Below, one piece after another: positions 62,601 to 64,000 of a DNA stretch of 64,000 nt. A model generated the notes under the pieces. That model ran no database searches and had not been told where the DNA came from. It saw only the letters and a program-made list of their open reading frames with translations. Source of the DNA: Antedon mediterranea. Lineage: Eukaryota; Animalia; Echinodermata. The stretch lies in NCBI RefSeq assembly GCF_964355755.1, contig NC_092670.1, positions 36,754,388 through 36,818,387 of the forward strand, given 5' to 3'. Both the position numbers and the translations under genes were made by a program. Positions within the stretch are counted from its first letter, which is position 1, and every line of letters starts with the position of its first letter.

Positions 62601-63024
62601 AGGAATTATAATACAGTTCTATGGTGAGTATTGAAACACAATATCCAAGTCATTGAGTCCAAAATAAAGTCTCTACAGACATTTTAATCACATATTTATG
62701 TAAATATTGAGAAATGGGGTCAAGGGTCAAAATTTGGTACTTCCGGACATTTTTATGTAAACTGTCTCATTAGAGCAAATATAAATATATATATTCTGAA
62801 CCCGACTGTGCAAAAATGAACTCTCTACGATTAGTAGTTTTTAAGATATGGTAACCCTGTAATTTCACCCTAATTTGCATATTTAAGCTAATTTGCATAC
62901 CTTCGGGATGAGTGTCAGAGGTGTGATGCTCAAAAAATAATTACCTTATCATATGTAACCATTTAAAAAAAAAAAATCTCTGTTTGCAATTTGTTTCACT
63001 CAAAATGCTAGATTGACTAGCCTA
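59661..63024. mobile_element. Non-autonomous foldback DNA transposon, Academ-like (TAG...CTA termini, 3-bp CAA TSD, arms of ~345-bp tandem repeats)
   Basis: gggCAA|TAGGCTAGTCAATCTAGCA ... TGCTAGATTGACTAGCCTA|CAAagg. The arms remain inverted copies for more than 1 kb. Repeat anchors at ~59815/60160/60505 (+) and ~61840/62185/62530/62875 (-). No coding ORF. Confidence 0.85.
60825..60907 (+). mobile_element. L2-type LINE/SINE 3' tail inside the foldback element
   Basis: TGTACAGCGCTTAGAG...GGCGCTATATAAAT...(ATT)n, the same tail type as the SINE at 41948-42260. Confidence 0.65.
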
Positions 63025-64000
63025 CAAAGGAAGCTGTTACAAAGAACATTGTAGTACCAGCCTCATGTTTACGGAATGTAGAATTCCTTCTTTTTATGAA
63101 TATTTAAGAAAATCGATATGTGGCCTGATGTGATTTATGTATAATTTTACATTCTATAGATCAGAAACTCTGAATGAATCAATACATGAATTACGATTTG
63201 AATCAAAACACATAGAAACTCAGATAATTACATCAAAGATCTATAACTAAAATTCTTTTATATTATAGGATCAGATTCACCATGGTATCCAGCGTTTATA
63301 CTAATTATCGTGAGATCGAGGTTCGAATCCAACTCCCGCCGCATTGCTTGTATCCTTAAGCAAGATTATTATCTGTTATTATATCGTTGTTCCGTTGTTT
63401 GTACTCTTCACTTGTGAGTGCAATCCCGAATAAACTGAATTTAACAAACAATGTGGGAAAGCCTTTTGCAATTTTATATTTTCCACTCAAAAGCAAAGTG
63501 CGCAAACTCGAGTACAGCACAGCACCTATTTGATTGGTGCTTATTTGAGTGTGTATTTTTTTTTATTATTCAGGCATAATTCCGGTGTTAAGTTCATAAC
63601 AGCATTGACCAGGCAACATTCTGACAACTTACGTAGTTTTGAAGAAATATTATTTTAAAACACAGACATTTTAGATTTTTAGTTTTGTTTATAAACTTTA
63701 TTCTCGATGATTGAAGTAAATAAATTTTACATTTGTTGTTAGTAAGTAACCTTTGATAATGTAAAGTATGAAAAAGAAATAGTCATACTGATGCGTTGGG
63801 TATTACATAACATACTTCATGATTACTGTCGCCATCGAATAGATATAAATAGTTTAAATACTACCATGTAAAAAACGATTGAAAATCTGGAAATTAGCAT
63901 GTAATGATTTATGTGATAAATGTATAAGCAAGGTTGAAACTGAAAAAACACATGTTATATAAATGCAGTGTAATTCAATGGACAGGGCTTAAATTTAAAA

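Overview
AT-rich, intron-containing animal genomic DNA; the gene and repeat content suggests a marine invertebrate deuterostome, probably an echinoderm (inference). All exon models were built by hand from GT/AG sites and frame continuity. (1) 1-31 kb, minus strand: three tandem type II membrane genes. Two are complete, paralogous mosaic serine proteases (TM-stalk-Frizzled CRD-CUB-LDLa-CUB-CUB-CUB-LDLa-chymotrypsin fold). Both have furin-type R-x-K-R|VIGG activation sites but different S1 pockets (Asp189 vs Gly189). The third (TM-stalk-CUB) runs off the window start. (2) 31.9-38.4 kb, plus strand: an intact 11-exon CHID1, head-to-head with the protease cluster. (3) 39.9-59.0 kb: six secreted single-domain C-type lectin units with QPD/QPN/EPN motifs: three intact genes, one orphan CRD exon and two pseudogenes. 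(4) 59.7-63.0 kb: a 3.36-kb foldback DNA element with TAG...CTA termini and a CAA target duplication (Academ-like), built from ~345-bp octamer-rich repeats and inserted into a dead LINE. Introns and intergenic DNA are dense with Harbinger-, mariner-, Kolobok- and Helentron-like MITEs, tRNA-derived SINEs and LINE fragments. The palindrome TAGGCCTA is strongly over-represented.
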